A stretch of DNA of 64,000 nt from Azolla caroliniana (GCA_043228905.1 JBHGNT010000010.1:10478001-10542000); one strand, 5' to 3'. Shown: positions 38,101-51,173, counted from the stretch's first letter. The notes: generated by a model not told the origin, from the letters alone. Program-made: numbers and translations.

Positions 38101-39191
38101 CCTTCCCCTCCCTTGGGCTCTTACGTTCACCGTCTTCGCTAGGTGTCAGGCATATAAGTGTAAGCCACCGATTGAAAATCAACTTCATCGGCTTCTTGTT
38201 CTCCACCCCCCGTAACTTCTCAAGGAGTGCCACTCCTATGATATACCCCCAGTCAATCTTCTCCCCTTCATATGTTGCTATGATGAACCCTACCCTTTGT
38301 TGTCAGAGCCAGGTCTAGTTGTTGCCAGTTTGAATGGTTCGATAAAGTCAAGACCCCATTTCTAGAACAGCTCTAATGGCAATACCGGTTGGTGTGGCAT
38401 GCGATCTCGTTCTTTTGGTTGACCGGTTCGTTGACATAAATCACATTGTCGATAGTAGTCGACAACGTCTCTTGTTGTAGTCGGCCACCATAGCCCGCTA
38501 TTCCAAATCTTTCTAGCGGAAGTTTCTCTAGCATAATGGCCTCCGACAATTGCGCAATGGACCTTGCGCAAAATTGCTTCCTTTTCAAATTGTCGAAACG
38601 CATGGCACCATATGCCATCTATTCTTTTATGGTATAATGTGTCGTTTAACAGGTAGAAATTCTGACTTCGAACTGCCAACCTTTTTCGTTCATCCATTGG
38701 CATCCCTTCCGGTGGCAATCTAGTACTAAGAAAGATTTTCATCTCTGTTATCCATGAATCAGCCTTCTCTTCATCTATTTCCGTTGAAACCACTGTGTCG
38801 ACTCGGAAAAGTTGAGCGTCGGGAAAATCATCCTTGACTCCTATACCCGGTTCCCCTGACTCCAGTTGACTAAGATAGTCGGCTACTGCATGTTGCACCC
38901 CTGGGTGATGAATGATGTCAAATTGGAATTCTTGTAACAACAGTGTCCATATGGCTAGTTTACCTATTAATTCTTGTTTTGACACCAAGTATAATCATGT
39001 CGAATGATCCACATGAAATGTGAATTTCCGACCCAATAGGTAATGTCAGAATTTATTGAAACTACATATCATTCTGAGAGCCTCACATTCTGTTGTCGAA
39101 TAATTTCGTTCGGCAATTGATAGTTCTTGACTTGCGTAGTAAACTGTCCTATACCAATTCGTCTCATACAACTGCATTAACGTGTACCCGA
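35170..39191 (-). mobile_element. Degenerate non-chromoviral Gypsy 3' half: RNase H-integrase fragment, long extra coiled-coil ORF region, probable 3' LTR at about 35170-35710
   Basis: ORF 38362..38988 (WTLLLQEF..HAVADYLS..GGHYA..CDLCQ); coiled-coil ORF 36152..36547; TATAAAAAGG on minus at about 35440. Confidence 0.7.
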
Positions 39192-40576
39192 GCCTTCTTC
39201 TTTGTTATTACATCATAATAACCCACACTAAGATGCTCAACCGCACTAACCATATGATCACCTAGGCTACGTGTAATATTTGTTTTAATCCAATGGAACC
39301 CAGAACAAATGAGTTAAAATTTGAATGGAACATATATAAACCACATGTCTAAGAGAATACTATAAACAAAAACCTTATAACTCACAATGCATATGCTCTA
39401 TTGCATGACATCGTGACTTTAGAGTAGTTGTGACTGACAATGATTGACCCATGCTATGAAATATGACTATCCTCCACAATGGTGCCAAGGTCAACTCTAT
39501 GAAGTCCTTTACCATCTTCTCGATCTGGGGATACTTGAAAGGCACATCATCTAACATGGAACCCGTGATCTAGAATCTATATGGTATATCAGCAACAAGT
39601 AATGTATAGTGCCTTTTTGGTAATATGTCGAGCTTATTCACCACATCCCCATGGAATACAGTATAATGTAATTGTTTGAAAGGGTCAGCTCTATGCAAAA
39701 TACTTTTTACCCTTGCGGATTCCTCCGGCACTTCCAACTCCTTTCCCTTTGTCATTCTTTTTTCGTATTTAGCACGTTCCAAGTGTGTAATGAACGAACT
39801 TGGAATACCGTCATTACTATCACCAACTTTCTTTGATCGAGGTAGTGTTTGCAAAATTCGTTTTCTATAAGGAATGTATCTAATAAATGATAATTGAATC
39901 TTCTCAAATTGAAAATACACATACCCATCCTCTAAATACAATGAAGAACTCTTCTAATGCCTTCTATGATGATGTTACTGGGTAAGCTTGTTCAACTTCT
40001 TCCCAAGTTGGTAGGCACAATTTTTACATCATCAATTCTTGTATCTTCATGTATACTTTATGACTTTTGTAACTCAGTCACCATCTCGTCCAAGCTAAAC
40101 TCCTTGGCTGCAACTCGAGACAACACAAATATTAACAATCTATCATCTTTAATTCCATGTAGTGACCTCCAAGGTAGAAACTTCATATCTTCGGCCAACT
40201 CCTCAATAAATAAGTCACTTTTACGTGACTTTGTCTTCATGTCCACTTGTGGATCTACCTTGGCCTTCTTTGCCCGTTGACCTTTGACCTCCTGTTTTTG
40301 TTTTCCAAGACTTTTAGGTGGATTCTCTACTTTTGTAACATAAGGCCGAAGAGCTACAATAAGATTATTCTTTGTTTGCATATCATTTCGTAAAGATTTT
40401 GGGTGGCACATATTAGGTACTAGGTTTCCTTCATCAACTTGCACTCGCCTTATACCACCTAAGCTCTCAACTTTGAGGAAGATAATGGATGAATCACTTT
40501 CTTCATATTCTAAATTACGAACTTTACCATAGGTGAAGGTATTGCCTAATTTGAGCTTTCCTTTTCCTTCCGACAT
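39192..40576 (-). pseudogene. Decayed beta-class N6-adenine/N4-cytosine DNA methyltransferase-like gene, with introns, 3'-truncated
   Basis: VFHGDVVNKLDILPKRHYTLLVADIPY (DIPY at 39590-39579) resembles GD..L..lp...DL..tDPPY; same frame continues past one stop into ORF 39375..39557; then WIKTN..MVSAVEHLSVGYY at 39292-39215; likely start ATG at 40576. Confidence 0.7.
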
Positions 40577-40599
40577 GGCAAATATGAGGAGAAATACGC

Positions 40600-40784
40600 A
40601 AAAACATTTGCATAAAATAAACGTAAAATACACGTGAATACACCTCAACACAACTAAATTCTCTTCAATACACCTTAGCACACGTAAAATACACATAAAA
40701 CACACCTAAATACACCTAAGTACACCTAAATATAACTAAATACGACCAAATACACATAAATATACCTAAACGAAAGGTAAAATA
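40600..40784. repeat. About 11-bp minisatellite (AAATACACCTA-like), continuing at 47854-47890 beyond Copia D
   Basis: Read directly on both sides of the AAATA TSD. Confidence 0.8.
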
Positions 40785-43700
40785 TGTAGGGAAAAGAAGA
40801 GAGAGAGAGAGAAATAGAAAACGTATTGTATTATAATAATTCACTTAACTATTACATCATTGGTGACTAGTGGGTTTATAAGACCACCACCGATATGGTT
40901 ACGGTTAAACCGTATTCCTAAGAACTAATAACTACTAGTACTAATATTTATTTATTAATTTTTCTGATATAATAATTATTATTTTCCACACTCCCCCCTA
41001 AGCGAAAATTTCTAGAAGTGAAGATTTTCATCCTTGTCTTCGATTACATCAATTAATCCAACTTGCTTGCAACAAATATTGTGCTTAGAATGTTGAAGAG
41101 GTTTCGTTAGAAAATAAGCCCACATTTGATGAGTGGGAGCAAACTTTAACTCTATCTTCTTTGTTTCAATGAGATCGCGAAGAAAATGTTGTTTTGTCCA
41201 CATGACGTATATTGTCGCTCATCTTCGGATTGTTGGCTAACTGATGCAAGATTGATTATCGCAAAACAAAGTCATTGTTGGAATAGTAAATAGTTTAAAT
41301 TCTTCGAGCATAGTTTTAATCCATATGCCTTCTTTAGCCATTAAAGCCGCGGCAGCATATTTAGCTTCGGTGGATGACAATGCTACGGTAGTTTGTTTCT
41401 TCGACTTCCACGAAATTGCAGCGCCAGCGAGTGTGTAAACATAACCACCTGTTGACTTACGATCATCCACATCTCCCCCCCAATCTGAGTCTGACCAACC
41501 AATTAGTTGGCTAGTGGGATTTGTCCATCCTTGCACAAGTGTGGTTGACTCAGATTGTGTGGCTGAGTAAGACAACACTATGCCTCAAGTATCGTAGTAA
41601 TCTTTTGAGCGTGATCCAATGCTTTGGTCTTGGATTAGCCATGAAACGAGAAAGAAAATTGGCGGCAAAGCAAATATTGGGACATGTGCAACTTACTAGA
41701 TATCTTATACACCCAAGGATTTGTTTATAGGGTACATCTTTCATTTCAGAAATTTCTCGTTCATTTTTGGGAGAATCATCATTTGAAAGTTTACATGGAG
41801 AGGTAAGAGGAGTACTAATAGGTTTACCATGAAACATATCAAATCTTTGGAGAATAGAATTAATATAGTTTGATTGTGATAATGAGATAATATGATTTGT
41901 TCTGTTTTGAGTTACTTTGATGCCAAGAAAATGTGTCATAGGGCCTAAATTGGTGATAGGAAAGACATGAGAATTCCTTCTTTGCCATAGCTAGATAAGA
42001 TTTAGAATTAGAGATCAAGGGCAAATCATCAACATAGACGCCTATGATAACAAATTTGGATTTGACTTTTCTAACATATATATTTGGCTCATTGTTTAGA
42101 CGATGATATCCAACTTTTATAAGAAAAGAGTGTAGTTTGTGATACCATATGCGTGGAGATTGCTTAAGGCCATAAATAGATTTACGAAGTCGACAAACAT
42201 GTGTTGGATGACTTGGATATTCAAAAACTTGTGGTTGTTGTAAATAAAGTTCTTCATCTAAATCTCCATGAAGAAAAGCCGTTTGTACATCCACGTGATG
42301 CAACTCTAGATCATGTTGAGTGGCAAGAGCAATGAGCATTCGAAAACCACATATTTTTAGCGTTGGACTAAATGTATCTTGAAAATCAATACCTGGTACT
42401 TGAGAAAATCCTCGAGCAACAACACGAGCCTTGAAGCGAATTGGATTACCATTACTATCTCGCTTTATACGTAAGACCCATTTAGAACCAATTATTTGCC
42501 GATCTTTTGGACGCTCAACAAGGGTCCACATACCATTTTTAATTAAAGCCTTCATTTCTTTTTCCATAGCCTTTCTCCATTTGATAGAATCCGATCCAGA
42601 AACTACATCTTTGGCCGATAGATTTGTGTCAACACTAAGGGTTGGAATATCTTTTTCCTGTATATAAGCTTCATGGTCCAAGTCCACAAAATGTGCTTCC
42701 ATTTTATCAAGTTGTTCATAAATACTATTTAGAGATCTATACTTTGGAGGTGGAGAGGTTGGTGGAGAAGTTGAGAAGATAACATTATTTGTATTATTAG
42801 AGGGAGTTAAACAATGTGTATTTAAAGGAGTATGAGGAAGAGAATCATCTAGAGATTGGAATGAGGGAAGATGAGAAGAGGAATTAGTTGGTTCAGTAGG
42901 ATTGATCTTTGCCTTGTGAATAGATGGAAGAGCAACACAAATAGTGGAAGTAGAGGATGAGCCAATGTTGGATCCTTCAATATGAGAGCTATTAATATTA
43001 GACATGGTTGAGGAAGGTAGTTGTAGGTGGGTAGGGGTAGGTAATAAAGGAGGTAGATTAGAAGAGAGTGAAGAAGAAACCTTTGTAGAAAGCCCATTTT
43101 CTTGAAATATCACATTACGACTAAAGAATATTCTTCTCTTTTGTGGATCATAGAGCTTGTACGCCTTGTATCCCGCAGTTTCTCCATATCCGATGAAAAT
43201 TGATTTTGTACCCCTTGGATCTAGCTTATTTCTTTGAACATTTGGCACAAAAGCATAAGCATCACAACCAAAATACTAAGGTTAGTTAAGTTAGGTTTGT
43301 GACCATGCCATAGTTCATAAGGGGTTTGGAGCCCCAAAGATCTATGAAATCCTCGATTCTGAATATAGTAAGCGGTGCCAACTGCTTCCTCCCAAAATTG
43401 AGGCGATAAGTGAGAAAATTGTAACATACTCAGAGCCATATTGAGAAGTGACCTATTCTTCCTTTCAGATACACCATTTTGTTGTGGTGTGTGTGGTGTT
43501 GATATTCTATGATGTATGCTTTCATTTTGATACAAACTTTGAAATTCATGAGACATATACTCACCACCACCATCGGTTTGAAGACTTTTAATCTTTGATG
43601 ATGTTTGCACTTAGACTCGAGCCTTGTATTCTTTGAATGCTTGATAAGCTTGACTTTTGTACTTGAGAAAATGCAAGATTGTAAATCGACTAAAGTCATC

Positions 43701-44111
43701 TATAAAGCTAATGAAATATTTGGCTCCACTAGGAGAAGGGTTGGAAAAGGTCCACATAGATCACTATGTACTAATGCAAGAGGGGTAGTGGCTCTAGATC
43801 TATGCTTTGGGAAGGGTTGTTGGGGCATTTTCCCAAGGATACAACTTTCACACAAAGAGATGGGCTTGAAAGGTTCTTTTGGCAAACCATAGACTAGATT
43901 ATTACATTGTAATGTTTTTTTAGCATTGAAATGCATATGGCCTAGACGAAAATGCCAAAGAGAAGAGGGAGAATGAAGATTGGTTAGAGATATAGACGAT
44001 TTAATTAGGGTAGAATGATGTGCTTCTAAAATAAGAGATGTAGGAATGCATTTTATGGGATATAAGTCTCCTTCTTAATCTTACAAAGAGACAGAGAGAG
44101 AGCACCCCAAC

Positions 44112-45676
44112 TTACACGTCATGTGATTTGATGCACCGGAATCAACGTACCACACTTCCTCCGATTTGGAAGTGGTCTTCTTCATCAAATTTGCCTCGTG
44201 CTTCATCACCAAGGCTAGCCCCTTACCGGTCTTCCCGGTTCCGGATCCTTTCGATCATTGCGCGTAGTGCGAGCTTTGTTGGTTCTCCCGACTGGTTTTG
44301 CCGGATCTAGATCTATCCGAATCGGCGCGCTTCTTCCAGCACTCGCTTTCTCTGTGGCCCTTTTTGCCACAGTACTAGCATTCCGTGGCAGATTTGTCAT
44401 GCCGGTCTCCAAAGCCACCTTGACTCCCCCTGGTTGTGGAGGTCCCAGAACTGTTGTCGGCACGGTCTCTATGCCGTCGGTATTGCCCTTGTTGGCCGCC
44501 TCCATTGCGTACCAACCCGCCTCGTCCACCACGCCGACGGGGCCGATCCGTCTCCATGTACAGCATCCGGTTGTCGGTGGGTGCACTTGTTGACGCACCA
44601 ACGTGGTTCTCCTCTACAAGGAGCATCGACTATAAGTCGAAAAATGACGGTGTATTCTCCCTCATACATATTGTTGTCCGGAAAGCTCGGAACTTAGACG
44701 TTAGGCCCCCAAGACAGACCTGTACCATCTCATCTTCCTCTACTGTGACGTTGATAGAGGCAAGCGAGTCACAGATCTCTTTGATTCGGGTCGTGTAATC
44801 AGCCACCGACATGTCCTTCTGTCGGACATTAGTCAACTCCGGTCGGAGTTGTAGCTTCCGAGCTGTAGTGCTTGTGGCGAACACCTTCTTCAGGTTTCCC
44901 CAAGCCTCTTTTGGCGTCTTGGCATCTCGAATGTGGCTTAGCAGTTGGTCTCCGACACTGGACGCAAAGCAGTACATCACTCAGCTTGCCGATTGTTCCC
45001 ACACCGGGAAGTCCTTGTGTGCCGCATCAGGTGTTGTGTCGTTAGCTCCGTCGACATAGCTCTAGTAACCATGCCCAAGCAAGTACTGGTGCACCTTATA
45101 TGACCAAGATGCGTAGTTGGATCTGTCGAGCTTCTCCACAAGGAGCGAGCTAGCCATTCTTCTATCCATTTGTTTTTATTTCCTGTTCTTTACAAAGGTT
45201 AGGTTTTTATTTTTTTTTGAGAAAGCGAATGTCGGCTGCAGAGGTTCTCAACCCTCGCGCTCTAATACCATGTAGAAACAAATAACGTGCAGAAGCAATA
45301 GAAAGCGGAAAACAGAAAACAGGTTTGATGGAGAGTTTAACAGTACGCGGGAGAGACACAGAGAGAGCACACAGAAACTTAATTCAAAAAATATTACTCA
45401 TTCTATACATCGTATGTGTTCAGTGAACACTTTTATATAAGTCCATCCAGACTGACAGAAGTACGGTGTACTTCAATGCTCACACGAGCGTCTGACATTA
45501 ACTACGAGGTATTAACTCCCTAGTAGACTAGCTGCTACTTGGCTTCCAATTACTGCTTGATCTAGCTAACCAACTCCCTAGCTCACCAGCTCACCGATCC
45601 GGCTCATCCTTCTGGATGTTGATCCAGCTCAGGCTTATTCAGCCAATCCGGATCCAGTTGAGCTTGCCGCTCAACA
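44112..45676 (-). mobile_element. Copia E (B family): 5' LTR + gag + protease start, inserted in the zinc knuckle of Copia D, 3' part deleted
   Basis: LTR 45271-45676 is highly similar to the B LTR; PBS 45259-45270; gag ORFs 44630..44980 and 44375..44626 match B. Confidence 0.92.
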
Positions 45677-46640
45677 CATGATTTGTACGTTTACATATTT
45701 TACAATAGGTATTGTTGAACCACATTCCTCCTTGTTTTGCGCTTTGATCTTTCTTTATCTATGGCTTCGAGCTTTCTCCTCTTTGGGTGAACCTTTTGTT
45801 CTTGTATGCTACCATTGCCACACTTGGAGTTGAATTTGAAGACCTTTGTGAACGCATTGTTTCCTCTTGTCTAATGTTTGCAAGAAGATCAATTAGCGTT
45901 GGACAATTTATAGAGTTTTGGGTGGTTCTGAAAGTGGACCACGAGTGAGGAAGAGCACCAAGAAGGAGAATCTTTTGTAATTTATCATGGATTTCTAATC
46001 TAGAAGTTAACACATCATCTAATTTCTTTTGCCATATTAATTGAAATTCATCAACTAGTTGTTTGTCATTCATTTTGTAATTAACAAGCGCTTGAAGTGT
46101 ATGCGCTTGTTGGGCATCGTTTTTTGGCTCGTAGATAGTTTGTAAGTGCTGCCACATTTCATGAGTCGTCTCCAAATTTCGCAATGTTTCTCCGGTGCAA
46201 TCACTTACATGCATTAGAATTTCCATTCTACCACACAAGTCTTTTTCTTCATATTCTTCAAGTTCTTTGCCTTTTTTAGGTTTTGTCAACGATCCTAAAA
46301 TTATGTCCCATACTTTATTATATTTAAAAAGTAATTCTAATCTTGCCTTCCATATTCGATAATTTGTATCCGATAATTTCTCGATCGTGAATTTTCACAT
46401 GTTGAGTTGCGACGAAGACATAGATTGTGCCATTATTGCAGAGGGTTGTCCAGATTAGCGCACGGCAAACACAAATTTGTCTTTCGTTACTTGACGATCT
46501 TGGACACTATGAAAATCATTATTTTGTATGGGCATGAAAGTTAAATTATGATGGGGGCATGTGTTTTATGATTGAAGAAAGGCATAGATCATTTGGCTCT
46601 GATACCATGTAGGGAAAAGAAGAGAAAGAGAGATAGAAAG

Positions 46641-46688
<48 letters not shown>

Positions 46689-46691
46689 GAA

Positions 46692-47637
46692 AGATATATT
46701 AACATCTTGTAAGGCCAAAATTGGCCCATGAGACAATTGGTTTACAACAAAATGAGTATTTATCCATTCATCATAACTAAAATAAAATAAAGTAAACATA
46801 GAACTTAAGCTAAAAGAGTTCTAGTAGTGTACAATGCGTGGTATACTCGATAAAGGAAGTGACTTTACACTAAGCCTAATTTTATTTCCACCCAAGCCTC
46901 TCAAAAAGAAGTGGGGGGTCAAAGGGTTTTGATGTGGGCGTGACCCGTGGTTCCAATGTAGAGAGTGCCCTAGCCATGGCTTCTAGGCAGTGTAGCTCAC
47001 GTTCCCTTATTTTCATTATTGCTTCCACACCACATCGAGTTGCTTTGAAAACCCGGCACCCGAGGACGTCTGGTTCTTCTTTGGTTTTCTACCTCATCAA
47101 GGGAAAGGCCGAGTGGTGCAGGTGTGTGACATTCGTTGTCTCCCCCTGTTCCTGAAAAACTTCATTTGTTACATGTTGGTGAACATTAGCAACATTATTG
47201 TCAACATTTTGTAACTTATTCTCTCTGTGTTGTTTTAGCTCTAGAATGTATTTACCTAATTTCTTTATATCTAGAGTATCTAATAGTTTAGGGGGTGTGG
47301 GAGAGGAACCAAGTATGTCTTGGTATTTTTCGGTGTAGGTTGGGCACTTGCATGTAAACCTACATATCCTTTCCTTCCTAGGGACTCCATTAGTACGACT
47401 ATTCTCAATCTCAAGTTGGTGAGATGATATTCTAAGTTGTCCAATGGCAACCCTTAGTGCATGTGGTAAGAATACATCTAGATATTTTGGCCGCGTGATA
47501 AAACCTAACTCAAAGAAGTGCATGAAGTGTTCCTTATAGTACAACATTTTAGATGAGAGTGGCTCTCGTGCGGTGATCCATTTATACCAAGTGTAAATTT
47601 TCCATATTTCTTGGCGTATTACTTTATTGCGGTCCTC

Positions 47638-47639
<2 letters not shown>
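46692..47639 (-). mobile_element. 5'-truncated LINE inserted in the (GA)n tract of the Copia D 5' LTR
   Basis: ORF 47089..47547 (GQLRISSHQLEIEN..ERIC) is highly similar to 63438..63851; flanked by GA-rich tracts 46621-46690 and 47640-47678. Confidence 0.92.
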
Positions 47640-47683
<44 letters not shown>

Positions 47684-47894
47684 GAAAACGTATTGTATTA
47701 TAATAATTCACTTAACTATTACATCATTGGTGGTGGCTTTATAAGACCACCACCGATATGGTTACAGTTAAATTGTATTCCTAAGAACTAATAACTACTA
47801 GTACTAATATTTATTTATTTATTTTTCGCTTATAATTATTATTATTTTCCACAAAATAAAGCTAAATACGCCTAAAAACAACGTAATATCCTCT

Positions 47895-48372
47895 TAAATC
47901 CGATGTAGTGCATCAGATTTCAGAGGATTTCCCATCTTATCCTCCCTAATCCAATGCAGTGCATTGGATTTCAGAAGTTTTCTTATCATCTCCTCCCTAA
48001 TCCAATGCACTACTTCAGATTAGAGAGAACATCCTCTGAAATCCGATGCAGTGCATCGGATTTCAAAGGTTTTTTTATTATCTCCTCCCTAATCTAATGT
48101 TTTCTGATAATCTCCTCCCTAATCCGAAGGAAATCCTCTGAGATCCTCCCTAATCTGATGCACTGCATCGGATTAGAGAGGACATCCTGTAAACATCTCC
48201 TCCCTAATCCAATGCAGTGCATCAGATTAGAGAGTGTGTTCATATGATTTCCTCTTAAGTTCTCTTATTCTTATGTATGTGTCCTTTTAATTTCCTCTCT
48301 AACCCGATGCAATTCATCGGATTAGGGAGGAAGCACTCTCTAATCCGATGCACTGCATCGGATTAGAGAGAA
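47895..48372. repeat. Array of about 8-10 palindromic repeats, core AATCCGATGCASTGCATCGGATT
   Basis: Perfect 17-bp-arm palindrome CTCTCTAATCCGATGCA-C-TGCATCGGATTAGAGAG at 48336-48370; degenerate copies at about 47897, 47941, 47992, 48035, 48145, 48198, 48295. Confidence 0.9.
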
Positions 48373-48763
48373 AATTGAGAGGACACATACACAAGAATTT
48401 GAACAAATTATACATACACCAAACTAGCTATAATTAAAGTCACTCAATTTTACAAATAATAAAAAAGAATCTTTATGGTATCTTTAGTAATCTTTAAAAT
48501 TGGGTACTAGAAAACTTATTTGTCAACTTTCTTGCTCAATTTTATGTTGACTAGTTGTTGACAATGTGTTGACGAATGCAAAAAAGGACAACTTTTTCTA
48601 GAGGGTGCTCTGAACTCTTGAAACATGTAAGATAGTCAACTTAAATTTTTTGGGGGGAAAATAAAATAATTATTTAAAAAATAAAAACTCTTAAAAAAAT
48701 ACAATATTAGACAATTAATTATTATAAGAAATTTACAAAATTAAATAATAATTGTATCCCAAT

Positions 48764-49968
48764 ATGTCTTCATATGGTTTATGTTCGAAGACTAGATATT
48801 AAATTCCTAAATTTCTACTTAAACAAGAGAAAGGTGTTAATTTAAGTTAGGCTTCAAGAGGTCTTCTGCTTCGAGTAGATCATCCTTGTTTTTTGTGGAC
48901 CCTTATGCTTTATCAAGTAACTCATATTTCTCAGTTGATGAGTACAAGGTCCCAAGTGTTTCAAAGGGTCTAGGTGAAAATGTTAATTGTGATGTTGGTA
49001 ATAACTCAAACTCACTTTTCTCAATCGACCCTTTCAAGAGGTCAGGACAAAGTGGTATACAAGATAGCAAAAGTTGTGCAAGCATTGACAAGGATGAAAC
49101 TACAACTGACGAAGCTTGCGTAACAAAGTCTCTCACATTCAAAAGAGTTCCTCGACAAGTTATTGTAAAGATATATAACTTTTTATGTTCTGATCGCCAA
49201 ATTGTTTGTGATTCGAGCAAGACATATTGTGGGAATCTATGTGTTAATAAATTTAGAAAGTCAAACTTACGAATAATGCGGGAGAAGTATCTATCACTTA
49301 ATGGTGAGGAATAAGATACTTTTCTTATTTCACATATGCAGCTTGTAAGAGATCACACCGTTGGGGCTAGTTCAATGCACGTTGAATATTACCTTGCATT
49401 GAGCACTAAGTGTTGTACAGTTGGTTTCAAAATTGCTCATAGCATTGGGAACATGAGGCTTTAGAGAGTACAACTAAGATTGGTAAACGGATCGTTTATA
49501 CCTTTTGATATGAATTCCTCTGGTAGTAAGGGTCTTATAGGGCGTCATTCTATTAATTGGATGAAGATATATTTCTCAAACCAATGTGATATTATGCCTA
49601 CTACTGGGAGATTGCACTTGTCTGATAATTTCACTCTTCATGAGGTGTATCAAGAATATAAAGACGACATGTTGTCACAAGGTGTACCTTACATACAATA
49701 TCGATATTTCAATCGATTATGGAGGTTACAATTTAACAATGTGGTTAAACTGCATAAGGTCCGAATGGGTGTTTGTTCAATATGTGCAAGTTTAAAGAGT
49801 ATGGCAAAGGGTGGGAAATTAGATGATGAAATAAAGAAATACAAGAATCTATTGAAAGAACACCGTGAGAGTCAAGCATTGGAATGTTCTAAAGCTATGC
49901 ACCACCGACAAAAAGCTCTCCAATCACCCGAAAGGTATATGTGTATGATTATTGATGGCATGGACGAT
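48764..49968 (+). pseudogene. Sola-like DDD transposase, N-terminal part, truncated just after the first catalytic Asp region
   Basis: ORFs 48886..49314 and 49480..49989 are one frame broken by two stops; EYYL..CC..FKIAHSIG..RL, YQEY..YFNRLWR..F..V..CSIC..H..YMCMIIDGMD pattern. Confidence 0.7.
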
Positions 49969-50319
49969 ACACTTCAGAGCATATGTTAGGCACACAGGGT
50001 TATACCCTACAAGAAAGAATAATCGATTACGAAGAAACACAATTACAAGTACCAATCAACTGTCAGTATAACACTCACTCTCTAAGTTCATCCCCTCTCT
50101 CTATATACTTCTTGCGTAAAAATAATACTTTTGCAGCCCCCTTGCACTCACGATCACTCTGCATTTATATAGGTCCCCATGCTTCCTATTCCTGGGAAGC
50201 ATGGCGCATAACAATCATTTCAAATATCATTACATAGTTTGGCGATTCGTCTTTCAACTGGTTCCACTTTTCCTGTGCTTCGCATCTTGTCCCTTTTCAC
50301 ATCTTCGGCCATCCTGCCC

Positions 50320-51173
50320 GGCCAACAATGCATAGGTCTTTTTGTCATCACATCACAAATTAATGATGCAACACTTTGTCTTAATCTTCCTGCACACATG
50401 TAACTTCACCCCGTCTTTCATAGCTCTCTTTTGGAACCTTGTCGCACCTCTTCCATTCCTAATTGTGTTGTGCCACCTCCACCTTCTGTCCAACTTGATG
50501 ACAGCCCTGAATATGAGGTAGCTCTGCTATTCTTGATTCTAAGATTGGTCATAATAAGCTCTATTATCTGGTTGATGGGCTAGGTTACCCTTTGAGTGAT
50601 CGCACTTGGGAACCTGTCAGTAACGTTTGAAATGCTCAAGCGCTTGTCGACGACTTCCATCACCACTATCCAAACCAGTACCCAGCCCTACATTGTTAAC
50701 GTCAACTTCCACTCGTCGTTCTCGAAGGAGAGATAGTGGCCTGAACACATCAACATCATGGCTTCACCGGGACTTGAACCCAGACCTTGTAATACGTAAT
50801 CGAAAAGCCAACCATTAAGATAGCTTATTGTCATATGAGATGATAAAAGCCACTTTTTATAAAATATTAATTTTGTAAAAACTCCAAAACATTCTAGAAT
50901 ATCCTAGAAAATCTTAGAATATTCTAGGTCTATAACATTCTAGAACATTATAGAAATCTCTAGGCTATTCTATAGAAACCTATAAATATAGACATACAAG
51001 TCTTCTCAAACCAATTCGAATCAACACTAGTCTTAAACTCTCATCACCTATCTTGTATCTATTCTCATTCTATCTTAGTACATCCATTCTTATCTTATCA
51101 TTTTGTTCCTTTCTTCTTGTGTTCTCTTTATATCCCACTTCCATCACTCTATCTTTTACTCTTGGTTCTGACA
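50320..51173 (+). mobile_element. Second chromovirus 3' fragment (IN end, chromodomain, PPT, LTR 50737-51173)
   Basis: LHPVFH..LLEP, PEYEV..ILDSK..KLYYLV..TWEP; PPT GAAGGAGAGATAG; LTR ends TGACA. Confidence 0.85.

Larger units (their letters stand above)
40785..47853 (-). mobile_element. Copia D with short LTRs
   Basis: 3' LTR 40785-40990; 5' LTR 46608-47853 (split by a LINE); TSD AAATA; PBS (GCTCTGATACCA on +) 46596-46607; PPT from 40991; gag 45759..46289, IN 43221..43936, RT 41860..43248, RH 41237..41578. Confidence 0.96.

Noticed and set aside
47895-48372. CRISPR-like array
   Set aside because: Repeats are degenerate and irregularly spaced, spacers resemble each other, there are no cas genes, and the context is eukaryotic
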